In this document: positions 32,523 to 40,987 of the stretch, piece by piece
How positions within the stretch are numbered: the stretch's first letter is position 1
How the letters are laid out: the number at the start of each line of letters is the position of its first letter
Source: an uncultured Mycoplasmatota bacterium
GTDB lineage: Bacteria > Bacillota_I > Bacilli_A > RF39 > UBA660
Direction of reading: 5' to 3'
NCBI GenBank assembly: GCA_947165285.1
Contig: CAMUZS010000003.1
Location: 87,598-151,597 of the forward strand
DNA: 64,000 bases
The notes under the pieces: model-generated
Told to the model about the DNA's origin: nothing
The model's input: the letters and a program-made list of their open reading frames with translations, nothing else
Database searches by the model: none
Position numbers and translations under genes: made by a program

Positions 32523-33498
32523 CTTCCTTTTCCCTATATATTAAATCACGAACTGGAGCATAAGTAAAACGATAATTTTCTAAAACACCATATTTTTTTA
32601 TAATTTCCAAATGTCTTTTTGTTGGATAGCCCTTATGCTTTGCAAATTCATACTCTGGATATTTCTTGTCTAATTCGTACATCATATTATCTCTAGTTAC
32701 TTTAGCTATAACCGAAGCTGCTGCAATAGATTGAGAAATAAAATCGCCATGAACTATGCTAATACTTGGAATATCTAAATCAAGCTCCATAGCGTCAATT
32801 AAAACACATTTTGGAACAATTTGCAAGTTTTTTATCGCTTTTTTCATAGCAAGTTTAGATGCTTCATAAATATTTATTTCATCTATAGTTTTTGCATCTA
32901 CGATTCCAATTCCAATTGAAATAGCATCACGTTTTATAATATCATAAAATTCATTTCTTTTCTTTTCACTTAATTTTTTAGAATCAGTTAAACCATTTAA
33001 ATGATAATTTTTAGGTAAAATAACACAAGATGCAACAACAGGACCAACAAGCGGACCACGACCAACTTCATCAACTCCTGCTATTAAATCTATACCATTA
33101 CTAATTAATTCTTTTTCATATCTATAATTATCATCTTTTGCTAGTAATAAATCTAATTGTCTAATTAATTTTTTATCTTTTGATCTATTTAATAATTTTT
33201 TTAATTTTAAACATTCCTCAAGATTCATGGTTTTATAACCATTTATAATATCAATATTTTTTTCATTATAATAAGATGTACCTATTTCAAATACATCCTT
33301 TGTTTTAATAATGTTTAAATATCCTTTAGTTTCTTCCCAATCAATACTATCATAAATTTTTTTACTAACAGATATATCTATATCTTTAGTTTCATCAATT
33401 ACATCATGAAGTACTAAACTAGTACCTGATATTATAATATAATCATCTTTATTTAATTTTAATTCATTTAATTTGTTTAATACTTCATTCTTATTCAT
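32497..33498 (-). CDS. rnhB: ribonuclease HII with an unusually long N-terminal nucleotidyltransferase-like extension
   Basis: RNase HII core GVDEVGRGPLVGPVVASCVIL, DSKKLS, KHKGYPTKRH. Start set at ATG 33498 (GGTGA RBS) rather than the ATG at 33513 inside the rbgA stop region. Confidence 0.9.
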   Translation of the reverse strand: MNKNEVLNKLNELKLNKDDYIIISGTSLVLHDVIDETKDIDISVSKKIYDSIDWEETKGYLNIIKTKDVFEIGTSYYNEKNIDIINGYKTMNLEECLKLKKLLNRSKDKKLIRQLDLLLAKDDNYRYEKELISNGIDLIAGVDEVGRGPLVGPVVASCVILPKNYHLNGLTDSKKLSEKKRNEFYDIIKRDAISIGIGIVDAKTIDEINIYEASKLAMKKAIKNLQIVPKCVLIDAMELDLDIPSISIVHGDFISQSIAAASVIAKVTRDNMMYELDKKYPEYEFAKHKGYPTKRHLEIIKKYGVLENYRFTYAPVRDLIYREKEVEKDEITN

Positions 33499-33506
33499 AA
33501 TAACAA

Positions 33507-34367
33507 TCACCATTCATATCTATCAAATGTAATACCTTGAATTCTTTCACTTTTTACATCATTTATTATAGCTTCACTAACTCTATTAAAATCAGCTTCA
33601 CCATTTTTATAGGCACCTAATTTCTTGCCAATAGTATTATAAACTTCTATAATATCTTCATCAAGACTTTCCATATTATATCTCATACTTAATTTATCTG
33701 GATAATATTTATTTAATTTTTCTAATATATGCCAAGATACTTTGCCTATTGGAAGTACCTCTTCTCTTATTGCTGACATAGAAGCAAGATTTAATGCTAC
33801 TTCTTCACTTTCTATTTTTGGCCATAAAATACCTGGAGTATCTAATAATAATACATTTGATTTTGTTTTAAGCCATACTAAATTAGTAGTAACACCAGGT
33901 TTATTACCAGTATTTGCTACATTTTTTTGAACAAACCTGTTGATAAGAGTTGACTTACCAACATTTGGAATTCCAAGAACTAATACCCTTATTTCTTTAT
34001 CCTTCATTCCCTTATCATTTCTTTTTTGTTGAATACTTTCCATTAATTCATTAGTAATATTAATAAGTTCATTAAAATTAACACTTGATTCAGATAAATC
34101 TAATTTAACAACCTTATATCCTTTTTCTTCATAATATTTTATCCATTTATTAGTTTCATCTTTATCACATAAATCATATTTAGTTAAAATTAAAACTCTA
34201 GGTTTCTTTAATAATATATTATCTTTATCTTGAATCTTAGAAGAAAAAGGAATTCTAGCATCTATTATTTCATATACTACATCTATTAGCTTTTCCTGTT
34301 CCATTATTAACCTTCTAGTTTTAGCCATATGACCAGGATACCAGTTGATGTTAGTTTTATTATCCAT
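33507..34367 (-). CDS. rbgA: ribosome biogenesis GTPase A (YlqF/RbgA), circularly permuted GTPase
   Basis: G4 LTKYDL precedes G1 GIPNVGKST and G3 DTPGILWP. Start set at ATG 34367 (MDNKTNINWYPGHM; GGAG RBS 8 nt upstream) rather than the TTG at 34391. Confidence 0.9.
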   Translation of the reverse strand: MDNKTNINWYPGHMAKTRRLIMEQEKLIDVVYEIIDARIPFSSKIQDKDNILLKKPRVLILTKYDLCDKDETNKWIKYYEEKGYKVVKLDLSESSVNFNELINITNELMESIQQKRNDKGMKDKEIRVLVLGIPNVGKSTLINRFVQKNVANTGNKPGVTTNLVWLKTKSNVLLLDTPGILWPKIESEEVALNLASMSAIREEVLPIGKVSWHILEKLNKYYPDKLSMRYNMESLDEDIIEVYNTIGKKLGAYKNGEADFNRVSEAIINDVKSERIQGITFDRYEW

Positions 34368-34400
34368 AGGAATCACTCCATTTCTATTCAATTATAGCAT

Positions 34401-34430
34401 AAAAAAGACGAAATTTATTACTATTTCGCC
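34401..34430 (-). terminator. hairpin + T-run upstream of the rbgA promoter (ends ORF214 transcription)
   Basis: gacgaaat/atttcgcc stem, followed on the minus strand by TTTTTT and then TGcTATAAT (34391-34399). Confidence 0.55.
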
Positions 34431-34451
34431 CATTTTTAAGTCATTTTCGTA

Positions 34452-34472
34452 GTTACTATAAACCGTAATCAA
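34452..34472 (-). repeat. 21-mer TTGATTACGGTTTATAGTAAC (minus strand), copy next to the rbgA promoter
   Basis: Identical to 35331-35351. Confidence 0.9.
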
Positions 34473-34510
34473 TTATTTGAATATAGTTTCCTGGTCATAT
34501 GGTATTTAAA

Positions 34511-35155
34511 TTATTTAGTTAGTTTTTTTATTTTACTTTGACTATATAAATATTCTTCCATATGAATTTGGTGTCCATAATCATTAACATCGTCTATTTC
34601 TTTCATATTACTATACATTCTCATAAATACTACATTAAACGGATTATAAAAACTTCCTGAATTTCTAAATCTTATTGGAATATGATGCAAGGAATTAAAG
34701 TCTCTATCATATCCATCAATGTATGGTTGAATAAAAAATTCTAATTTAAATATTTCATCTTCTTTTTTTATTTTTAAAACGTTGGCTACACAAAATGCCG
34801 TTTCATCAGAATACCAAGTTATTAATTTTTCTTTTTCATTATATAATACATTATAATTTGATGTATTTGATTTTCTATATTTTTCTTTTTGAGCTTTTTT
34901 AAAATTACTACTAAATTGGTGGTTTTGATATTTATATATATTTATATCATCTATATCATTAAATAATTGTTCAAATAGTCTATATACTTCATAGTTTTCT
35001 TTAGTAATTACAAAGTTATTATCTTTATTAACTTCTTCTGAATAAATAATCCAATATAAATCTAAATTACCTCCATAGGTAATAGCAAGATACTTATTTT
35101 CTTCTTTAAAAAATATATCTATTCCAAATTCACTGTCTTGTTTTACAACTTTCAT
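34511..35155 (-). CDS. hypothetical cytoplasmic protein (cassette ORF, 214 aa)
   Basis: GAGAAGAGG RBS 6 nt before the ATG. No signal peptide and no recognisable family. Confidence 0.6.
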   Translation of the reverse strand: MKVVKQDSEFGIDIFFKEENKYLAITYGGNLDLYWIIYSEEVNKDNNFVITKENYEVYRLFEQLFNDIDDINIYKYQNHQFSSNFKKAQKEKYRKSNTSNYNVLYNEKEKLITWYSDETAFCVANVLKIKKEDEIFKLEFFIQPYIDGYDRDFNSLHHIPIRFRNSGSFYNPFNVVFMRMYSNMKEIDDVNDYGHQIHMEEYLYSQSKIKKLTK

Positions 35156-35176
35156 ATTATACCTCTTCTCACAATT

Positions 35177-35195
35177 GTTACTGTGTCGTAATCAA
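35177..35195 (-). repeat. 19-mer variant TTGATTACGACACAGTAAC just upstream of the ORF214 RBS
   Basis: Shares the TTGATTACG...AGTAAC ends with the 21-mers. Confidence 0.7.
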
Positions 35196-35330
35196 TACCT
35201 TAATTCCTATACAATTTTTCATATATTTTGGTCATTTTTGACTAATATTATTAAAGTTTTATATATTTTATTATAAAGATGCAAGATATTAATTCCCGCA
35301 AAACCTTATAAATAAAGGAACTTTTAAAAA

Positions 35331-35351
35331 GTTACTATAAACCGTAATCAA
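35331..35351 (-). repeat. 21-mer TTGATTACGGTTTATAGTAAC fused directly to truncated rbgA' codon 9
   Basis: Identical to 34452-34472. Confidence 0.9.
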
Positions 35352-35512
35352 CCAATTTATATTAGTTTTATTATCCATAGGAATCACTCCATTTCTATTC
35401 AATTATAGCATAAAAAAGACGAAATTTATTACTATTTCGTCCAATTTTAAGTCATTTTTATGGTTACCATAAATCGGTATCAAATATTAATATATAGTTT
35501 CCAAGATATATG
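35352..35512. repeat. copy 2 of the ~160-bp direct repeat (orphan rbgA' codons 1-9 + RBS + -10 + terminator + degenerate 21-mer at 35463-35483)
   Basis: Encodes MDNKTNINW with synonymous differences from copy 1 (AAT ATA AAT vs AAC ATC AAC), then breaks off. Confidence 0.9.
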
Positions 35513-35519
35513 ACTATTA

Positions 35520-35771
35520 ATTATTATCTGATTATAATAATAAACCAACTTTTTCTTTAATAATATTCATTTTATCTTCATTCATTATTCTATTTGGTCA
35601 ATTTTTTTACTTTGAATTTTTAGAAGAAATAATTGATTCTTGATAATGTCTATGTGCATTTTCTATACACTTATCTGCATCTTAAATAATTTTCAAATAT
35701 TTTTTTGTATATTTTATTCTTTCTTTTTTTGCGTTATTTATTGAATCACAATTAGGTAATACTATTTTCAT
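35520..35771 (-). pseudogene. probable decayed gene fragment (29-codon ORF followed by in-frame stops)
   Basis: GAGGAG RBS + ATG at 35771 gives MKIVLPNCDSINNAKKERIKYTKKYLKII*. The same frame continues as DADKCIENAHRHYQESIISSKNSK* after the stop. Confidence 0.3.
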
Positions 35772-35860
35772 TTGATACTCCTCTCTTTATTTTTTTCTCT
35801 TAATTTTTCTAATACTTACTTTAAATACATAATATATTCCTTTCTTTATTAATTATAATA

Positions 35861-35891
35861 TAAAATTAAATGTGTTGATATTATCAACACA
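35861..35891 (-). terminator. Rho-independent terminator of the SipW/TasA-like operon
   Basis: Inverted repeat tgtgttgata/tatcaacaca (35871-35891) immediately after the TAA at 35893; T-rich tail on the minus strand. Confidence 0.6.
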
Positions 35892-35892
35892 T

Positions 35893-38073
35893 TTAACTTA
35901 AATACATTGTATTATATAACAAACCATCTATAGTTTCAGTAGAATCTATTCTTGTACTATTATCTTCAAATTCATTTATATTACCATTTATTGAAGATGT
36001 AACACCTTTAGAAATACCATCATAATATTTCAAAGTTCCAGTATTACTTATTCCATAGGTTCTACCAACCATAACCGGTGTACTAGCATTAATATTTCCA
36101 TCTTTTGATCCAATAATTAACGTAGATACATTATCAACAGCACTAAAGTTTTTAGAAATTATTGTTCCACCTTTTATAGTTATAGTACCACCATTTAAAT
36201 TTTGAACAGTGGCTCTTTGATTAGTAGTAGAAGTAAGATATGCATCCCCTGATATTTCTACAATACCACCATCATTATATACAGCTTGTCTTGTTCCTAT
36301 TGCATTAATACTTCCACCAGTTATATATAAATATGCCCCTTTATAATTATTTATAGCACCTTGAGTTGTACTAGAATTAATTGTTCCATTAATAATTTTT
36401 AATGTACCATAATTTTTAATAACATTACTTACACCACTATTTCTTAAAGTATTACTTTGAATATCAAGAACTACATTTTTATTTTTTTCAATAGTAATTA
36501 ATTCTGCTATATCATGTAATACTGTAATAGTTACTTCCCTATTATCAGCTGGAACAGCATTAATAGCTTGTTGTAATGTTTTATATTCAACATCACCAAT
36601 TCTTGCATTTTTAGCATCCTCTATGCTTGTCCAATGAGCAAAGAATTCTATGTTATCACTAATAACAGTATCTTGATTAATCTTTGTTCCACCTTCTAAA
36701 GAAGTAAACCATCCATCAAAATAATAACCTGTTCTTGTTGGAACTGGAAGAACACCTACTTTATCATTCTTCTTAACATTTCTTGTAGCTTCACTACATG
36801 TTCCTTCATTTGAATTAAATCTTACTTCATATGTTTGTGCTAAATATGACATAACATAGATATTGCCATTAATATAGTCAGTATCATTAAAAATACCATA
36901 ACCATCTTCAGTATCACTTACTTTTGAAAAATCTTCAAATGAATTTTTAGTTCCTTTAATAACACCATCATAAAATCCAAAAGCACTCTTACTACTTACT
37001 CCATATAAATACCCTTGTAATACTGGAGTATTAGTATTTACAGTACCATCTTTTGAACCAATTACTAACGTACCATTAGCATTTTCTACAGCATATTTTT
37101 TTTCAGATATTATTGTTCCACCTAAAATAGTAACATGTCCATTTCCAACATTATTTATAGTAGAACGTTCCGGTGCATTTGTTTTTAAATAAGCACTACC
37201 AGATATTTCTACAGTACCACCACTATTATAAATAGTTTGTCTTATTCCTGTAGTTATAATACTACCACCTGACATTTTAAGAACACCAGTAGGATTATTA
37301 TCTATTGCTCCAAACCCCGCATCAGATGTAATAGTACCATTTTTTATTTCAATAGTACCATTATTTATAATAACATTAGTATTACCATTATTACTAATTG
37401 TAAAATTTTGAAAATCAAATTCAATATTTTTACCATTATCTATTTGTAATAATTCACTAGTATTCTTTAATAAAACTACTGTTGTCTTTTGATTATTAGT
37501 TGGAACATCATCTATTGCTTCTTGTAATGTAGCATAATAAGTCTCACCTATTCTAGCAACATTAGATAATTCTTCAAAAACAAAATCTAATTCAAAAGGA
37601 TAAGTAATATTTGAACTATCATATACTCCTTCCTTATATTTCATTGTTATATATAATTCCTTAGTTGCCCCAAAGTTACACTCATTATTATTATTACAAA
37701 GAGCATCTCCAATACTATAATCAGATAATTCAAAATCCAAATAAGGACTTTCATTTATTATTTCAGATATCTTCATTACTGACTCAAGATAAACCGTTAC
37801 ATTTACTTTATAAGTTATACTTGAATCAGTATTCGGTAATGTTACATTACCATAGATTTTATCCATATTATAATTTTCAGAATTACTAACTCCCATACCA
37901 CTAGAATTAGTTGCAATAATATTTGTAATTCTAGCCATCGCAGTTGGTTTTACTGATGCCATAATATTTTCAATTTTATCAGTTGCTGAAGCAGCTGAAA
38001 AACCAACAGATAAAAATGTTATACTTATAAATAGTACTAAAATGATTAATAAAATACTCTTATTTCTTTTCAT
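35893..38073 (-). CDS. secreted large subunit/adhesin: TasA-operon-type signal + N-domain, two ~240-aa beta-helix-like modules separated by one Flg_new repeat
   Basis: MKRNKSILLIILVLFISITFLSVGFSAASA...ASVKP resembles the N-terminus of the 213-aa protein. It also contains TGYYFDGWFTSLEGGTK and an internal duplication (ARIGETYYATLQEAIDDVP... / ARIGDVEYKTLQQAINAVP...). Start set at ATG 38073 (GAGGAA RBS). Confidence 0.75.
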   Translation of the reverse strand: MKRNKSILLIILVLFISITFLSVGFSAASATDKIENIMASVKPTAMARITNIIATNSSGMGVSNSENYNMDKIYGNVTLPNTDSSITYKVNVTVYLESVMKISEIINESPYLDFELSDYSIGDALCNNNNECNFGATKELYITMKYKEGVYDSSNITYPFELDFVFEELSNVARIGETYYATLQEAIDDVPTNNQKTTVVLLKNTSELLQIDNGKNIEFDFQNFTISNNGNTNVIINNGTIEIKNGTITSDAGFGAIDNNPTGVLKMSGGSIITTGIRQTIYNSGGTVEISGSAYLKTNAPERSTINNVGNGHVTILGGTIISEKKYAVENANGTLVIGSKDGTVNTNTPVLQGYLYGVSSKSAFGFYDGVIKGTKNSFEDFSKVSDTEDGYGIFNDTDYINGNIYVMSYLAQTYEVRFNSNEGTCSEATRNVKKNDKVGVLPVPTRTGYYFDGWFTSLEGGTKINQDTVISDNIEFFAHWTSIEDAKNARIGDVEYKTLQQAINAVPADNREVTITVLHDIAELITIEKNKNVVLDIQSNTLRNSGVSNVIKNYGTLKIINGTINSSTTQGAINNYKGAYLYITGGSINAIGTRQAVYNDGGIVEISGDAYLTSTTNQRATVQNLNGGTITIKGGTIISKNFSAVDNVSTLIIGSKDGNINASTPVMVGRTYGISNTGTLKYYDGISKGVTSSINGNINEFEDNSTRIDSTETIDGLLYNTMYLS

Positions 38074-39166
38074 CGTTAATTTCCTCATTCAAATCGCTTA
38101 ATCTTACCATATAATAATATAAACTATCATTATGTACTATATAAAACACACATTTTTCATGTTCTTCGATTAAATAATAGTTTATTACTTCTTTAATATT
38201 ATCTCTAACATCAACTAATTCTTGAAATTCAACTACTTTAATAAGTTTATAATCATCAAAATTAATTAATGTACATACATTAACGATTATTCTGTCATAA
38301 CACTTTAATATTTTATTAACATGTTTATCAAAATTATTATCTTTTAATTTTAATAGTTTATATAATCTTCTTACTTTTTTTAAATATCTAACTAAATAAA
38401 TAAGAATTAATAATAAGATTATTATACTAATAATTAAGAATAATACATCTTTTATTACATATTTAGTATTAGTAACTATTTTATTCTCATTTTCTAATTT
38501 TTCATCATTTAAATTTATATTTATTTCTTGTTGAGACAAAGGTATTTTTAATGTAGTCTTACTAGTATTAAATAATTTATAACTATTATCTTCTTTATTT
38601 TTTTCTTCAACTTGTAAGTATACTTCTAAATAACTTGTTGTACTAACAGCATAACTTGTTCTAAACGAATTTACTAAATTGTTATATTCATCATAATCTA
38701 TTTCAATATTTTCATTAATTATAATTCCTTTGTCATTATTTATTTCTTTAATAGTATCTTCTTTTAAAACATATTGTTTTTCAAAAAAGACATTTGAATT
38801 ATTTTGACTAGCTATAACTAGGTTACCAATTATATTGTATTTAACATCTAAATAACTTTCTTTATCAACATTAAATTTATATGTAAAATCAACATTAACT
38901 TTATTAATTAAACTAGCCACATAAGCCATATTTTTTCCTAAAAAAGGCGTATCATAAAAATCATTTTCTTTTAAAAATATTTTATAATCAATACTACCTG
39001 TTTCTTTATAATTAACTATACTATCTTCAGAAAAAGAAAAAGCTTTATTAAATGCCAAAAGTAAAAAAATAATAAGAAGTATTAATATTAGGGTACTGCA
39101 AAAAAAACGCAAGTAAAAACGTCTTCTTACTCTAATATCTAAATACTTCTTATTAATTACTCCCAT
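38060..39166 (-). CDS. two-TM membrane protein of the DUF5305-like type found beside SipW genes
   Basis: N-terminal TM, ~200-aa extracytoplasmic region, second TM (VLFLIISIIILLLILIYLV), ~110-aa cytoplasmic tail. The family assignment comes from recalled gene context only. Confidence 0.55.
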   Translation of the reverse strand: MGVINKKYLDIRVRRRFYLRFFCSTLILILLIIFLLLAFNKAFSFSEDSIVNYKETGSIDYKIFLKENDFYDTPFLGKNMAYVASLINKVNVDFTYKFNVDKESYLDVKYNIIGNLVIASQNNSNVFFEKQYVLKEDTIKEINNDKGIIINENIEIDYDEYNNLVNSFRTSYAVSTTSYLEVYLQVEEKNKEDNSYKLFNTSKTTLKIPLSQQEININLNDEKLENENKIVTNTKYVIKDVLFLIISIIILLLILIYLVRYLKKVRRLYKLLKLKDNNFDKHVNKILKCYDRIIVNVCTLINFDDYKLIKVVEFQELVDVRDNIKEVINYYLIEEHEKCVFYIVHNDSLYYYMVRLSDLNEEINDEKK

Positions 39167-39171
39167 TTTTA

Positions 39172-40296
39172 TCAACTCTCTTTATTAAGCCAAACTGTTG
39201 GATAACCAATAAATGGAACTTTTGTATCTACTTTTCCTATAATGGCTTCTTCTTCAGTTAAGAAATCATCTATTTTATTATTAGAATCCCCTTTTGTATA
39301 ATACATATTTTTTCCATCTAATTTTACTTTTTTATATATTCTATGCACAACAACAACGTCATTGTGTTTGAAGGCAATAATATCCCCTTCTTCTAGTTTT
39401 TCTTTAGGAACCTTTTGATCAACAATTACAACATCGCCAATATGTATTTTAGGTTCCATACTACCACTGGCAATAGCAACAGCATAAAATCTAAAATAAC
39501 CACTATAAAAATATATCATAACGCATATTACCGCTATTGGTAATATGATACCTTTAAATTTCCTTTTGTGATAATTACTATCAAAAATTTTATCTTTTCT
39601 GTAATCAAGGAATTTTAATATTCTAAATGAGAATACTACAGGTACTACTAAATATATTATAGATATAACATATTCACTAGGATTTGGTAAAATTGGTATT
39701 ATATATGGATATAAAGTAAAAACTAAATCAAATATTATTACAGGTTTATATCCTAGTTTTCTTGTAATATATGAGTAACATATATTTCTTGAAATAACAG
39801 GTAGCAAGGTAAGTGCCACATATCTTAATACGTCATATGCAGAAGTAAAATTAGTTGGAATAGTATTATATGTTAAATCCATCAAAATTAAAGTTATAAC
39901 CACAATAACTGTACAAATTTTACTTCCTTCAGCTTTACAAAGCATATTATATCTAAATATTTCTCTTAATATACAATAAAATATAACTGGAATAATAAAT
40001 TTCTTTAATCCATCAATGGTTAAATAGTTTTGTGTTCTTGCAAGTCCAACAGCCAATCCTAGCAAATAATATAATATAAAATATAAGACTACATAGAATA
40101 ATATTTCAAATAATATATCTTTCAAGTATCTGTTATTATCTTTTTCAATCACAAAGAACTTGTGAAATATTATTAATAATAATCCTAAAAATAAATCAAT
40201 TTTAAATTTTGAGAAAAAACCAGTAAAAGTATTAATTAAAAGTATTATTATTATAATTGCTATAAAGAATAATAATCTTTTATAACCCTTTTTCAT
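39172..40296 (-). CDS. sipW: SipW-type (ER/archaeal-type, S26B) signal peptidase I fused to a ~260-aa N-terminal polytopic membrane domain
   Basis: C-terminal ASGSMEPKIHIGDVVIV...GDIIAF...VVVHRIYKK...YYTKGDSNNKIDD gives the Ser/His catalytic pattern of SipW/Sec11. About 7-8 predicted TM helices precede it. GGAGGA RBS. Confidence 0.85.
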   Translation of the reverse strand: MKKGYKRLLFFIAIIIIILLINTFTGFFSKFKIDLFLGLLLIIFHKFFVIEKDNNRYLKDILFEILFYVVLYFILYYLLGLAVGLARTQNYLTIDGLKKFIIPVIFYCILREIFRYNMLCKAEGSKICTVIVVITLILMDLTYNTIPTNFTSAYDVLRYVALTLLPVISRNICYSYITRKLGYKPVIIFDLVFTLYPYIIPILPNPSEYVISIIYLVVPVVFSFRILKFLDYRKDKIFDSNYHKRKFKGIILPIAVICVMIYFYSGYFRFYAVAIASGSMEPKIHIGDVVIVDQKVPKEKLEEGDIIAFKHNDVVVVHRIYKKVKLDGKNMYYTKGDSNNKIDDFLTEEEAIIGKVDTKVPFIGYPTVWLNKES

Positions 40297-40345
40297 TTTT
40301 TTCCTCCATCTTCATCTACTAACTAATTAGTATTAATAGATAACA

Positions 40346-40987
40346 TTAGTCTACTGAATCATATGTTAAAACAATACTTGGTAATGTAACATCAAAGTCA
40401 CCATCTGCTTGTCCACTACCATCAGCATAAGTTATAGTTACAATAACTTGTTCAGCAGCATCGGTTGCTAAAGAATGACTAGTTAAACTTGCTACAGATG
40501 TAGTTGTAGCTGATTCACTTCCTACTTTAGCACTTAGTGTAATTCCAGTACATGCAGTATCAACTAAAGCTTGAGTAGTTCCAGTTTTAGCTGTACAAGT
40601 TTTTGATCCTTGGAATACAATACTATTTAAATATGCAACATATTTTCCTGCATTATATGCATAAAATGTATATGTAGCTGATTGTCCTGGTTCAGTAAAT
40701 GTTGCTTTTAAATTAGATACTGTTGGATCCGATGTATTATCAATTGTTGCGGCAGTAGCTGTAAACCCATCTACATTTTTATTTAATGTTGGTGTAATAT
40801 TATCTGTTTCAACTGCAGATGAACTAGATGAAAAATCAACATTAAATGATGATGCATCTGGCTTAACCTCAGCTGATGAAGAAATTGTTAATGTGTTTGA
40901 AAATGCAGCGTAACCAAGTGATACTCCTACAATTCCTAGCAATAATGCGGCAATTGCTAATGCCTTATAACCTTTATTATAATTCAT
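40346..40987 (-). CDS. secreted TasA/BsaA-like candidate fibre subunit (213 aa, Ala/Ser/Thr-rich)
   Basis: Signal anchor ALAIAALLLGIVGVSLGYAAFSNTLTISSSAEVKP. First gene of the operon, with a strong AAGGAGGAG RBS and codon use visibly less AT-rich than its neighbours. Confidence 0.7.
   Translation of the reverse strand: MNYNKGYKALAIAALLLGIVGVSLGYAAFSNTLTISSSAEVKPDASSFNVDFSSSSSAVETDNITPTLNKNVDGFTATAATIDNTSDPTVSNLKATFTEPGQSATYTFYAYNAGKYVAYLNSIVFQGSKTCTAKTGTTQALVDTACTGITLSAKVGSESATTTSVASLTSHSLATDAAEQVIVTITYADGSGQADGDFDVTLPSIVLTYDSVD

Larger units (their letters stand above)
34341..34500. repeat. copy 1 of a ~160-bp direct repeat (rbgA codons 1-9 + RBS + extended -10 + leader terminator + 21-mer)
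   Basis: Aligns with 35352-35512 at an offset of 1011 bp. The central 78 nt are identical (ttagttttattatccatagg...ctatttcg); the flanks have diverged. Confidence 0.9.
34341..35351 (-). mobile_element. putative 1.0-kb single-gene cassette inserted at rbgA codon 9 (no recombinase gene)
   Basis: Defined by the truncated rbgA' copy at 35378-35352 and by identical 21-mers at 35331-35351 and 34452-34472. See the corresponding finding. Confidence 0.35.

Noticed and set aside
31211-33930. ORFs 31211-31417 (minus, alternative frame) and 33742-33930 (plus).
   Set aside because: They are nested inside the LtaS-family and rbgA genes and have no independent signals.
37665-37889. Plus-strand ORF inside the 726-aa gene.
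   Set aside because: Antisense shadow frame with Tyr/His/Gln-rich nonsense composition.
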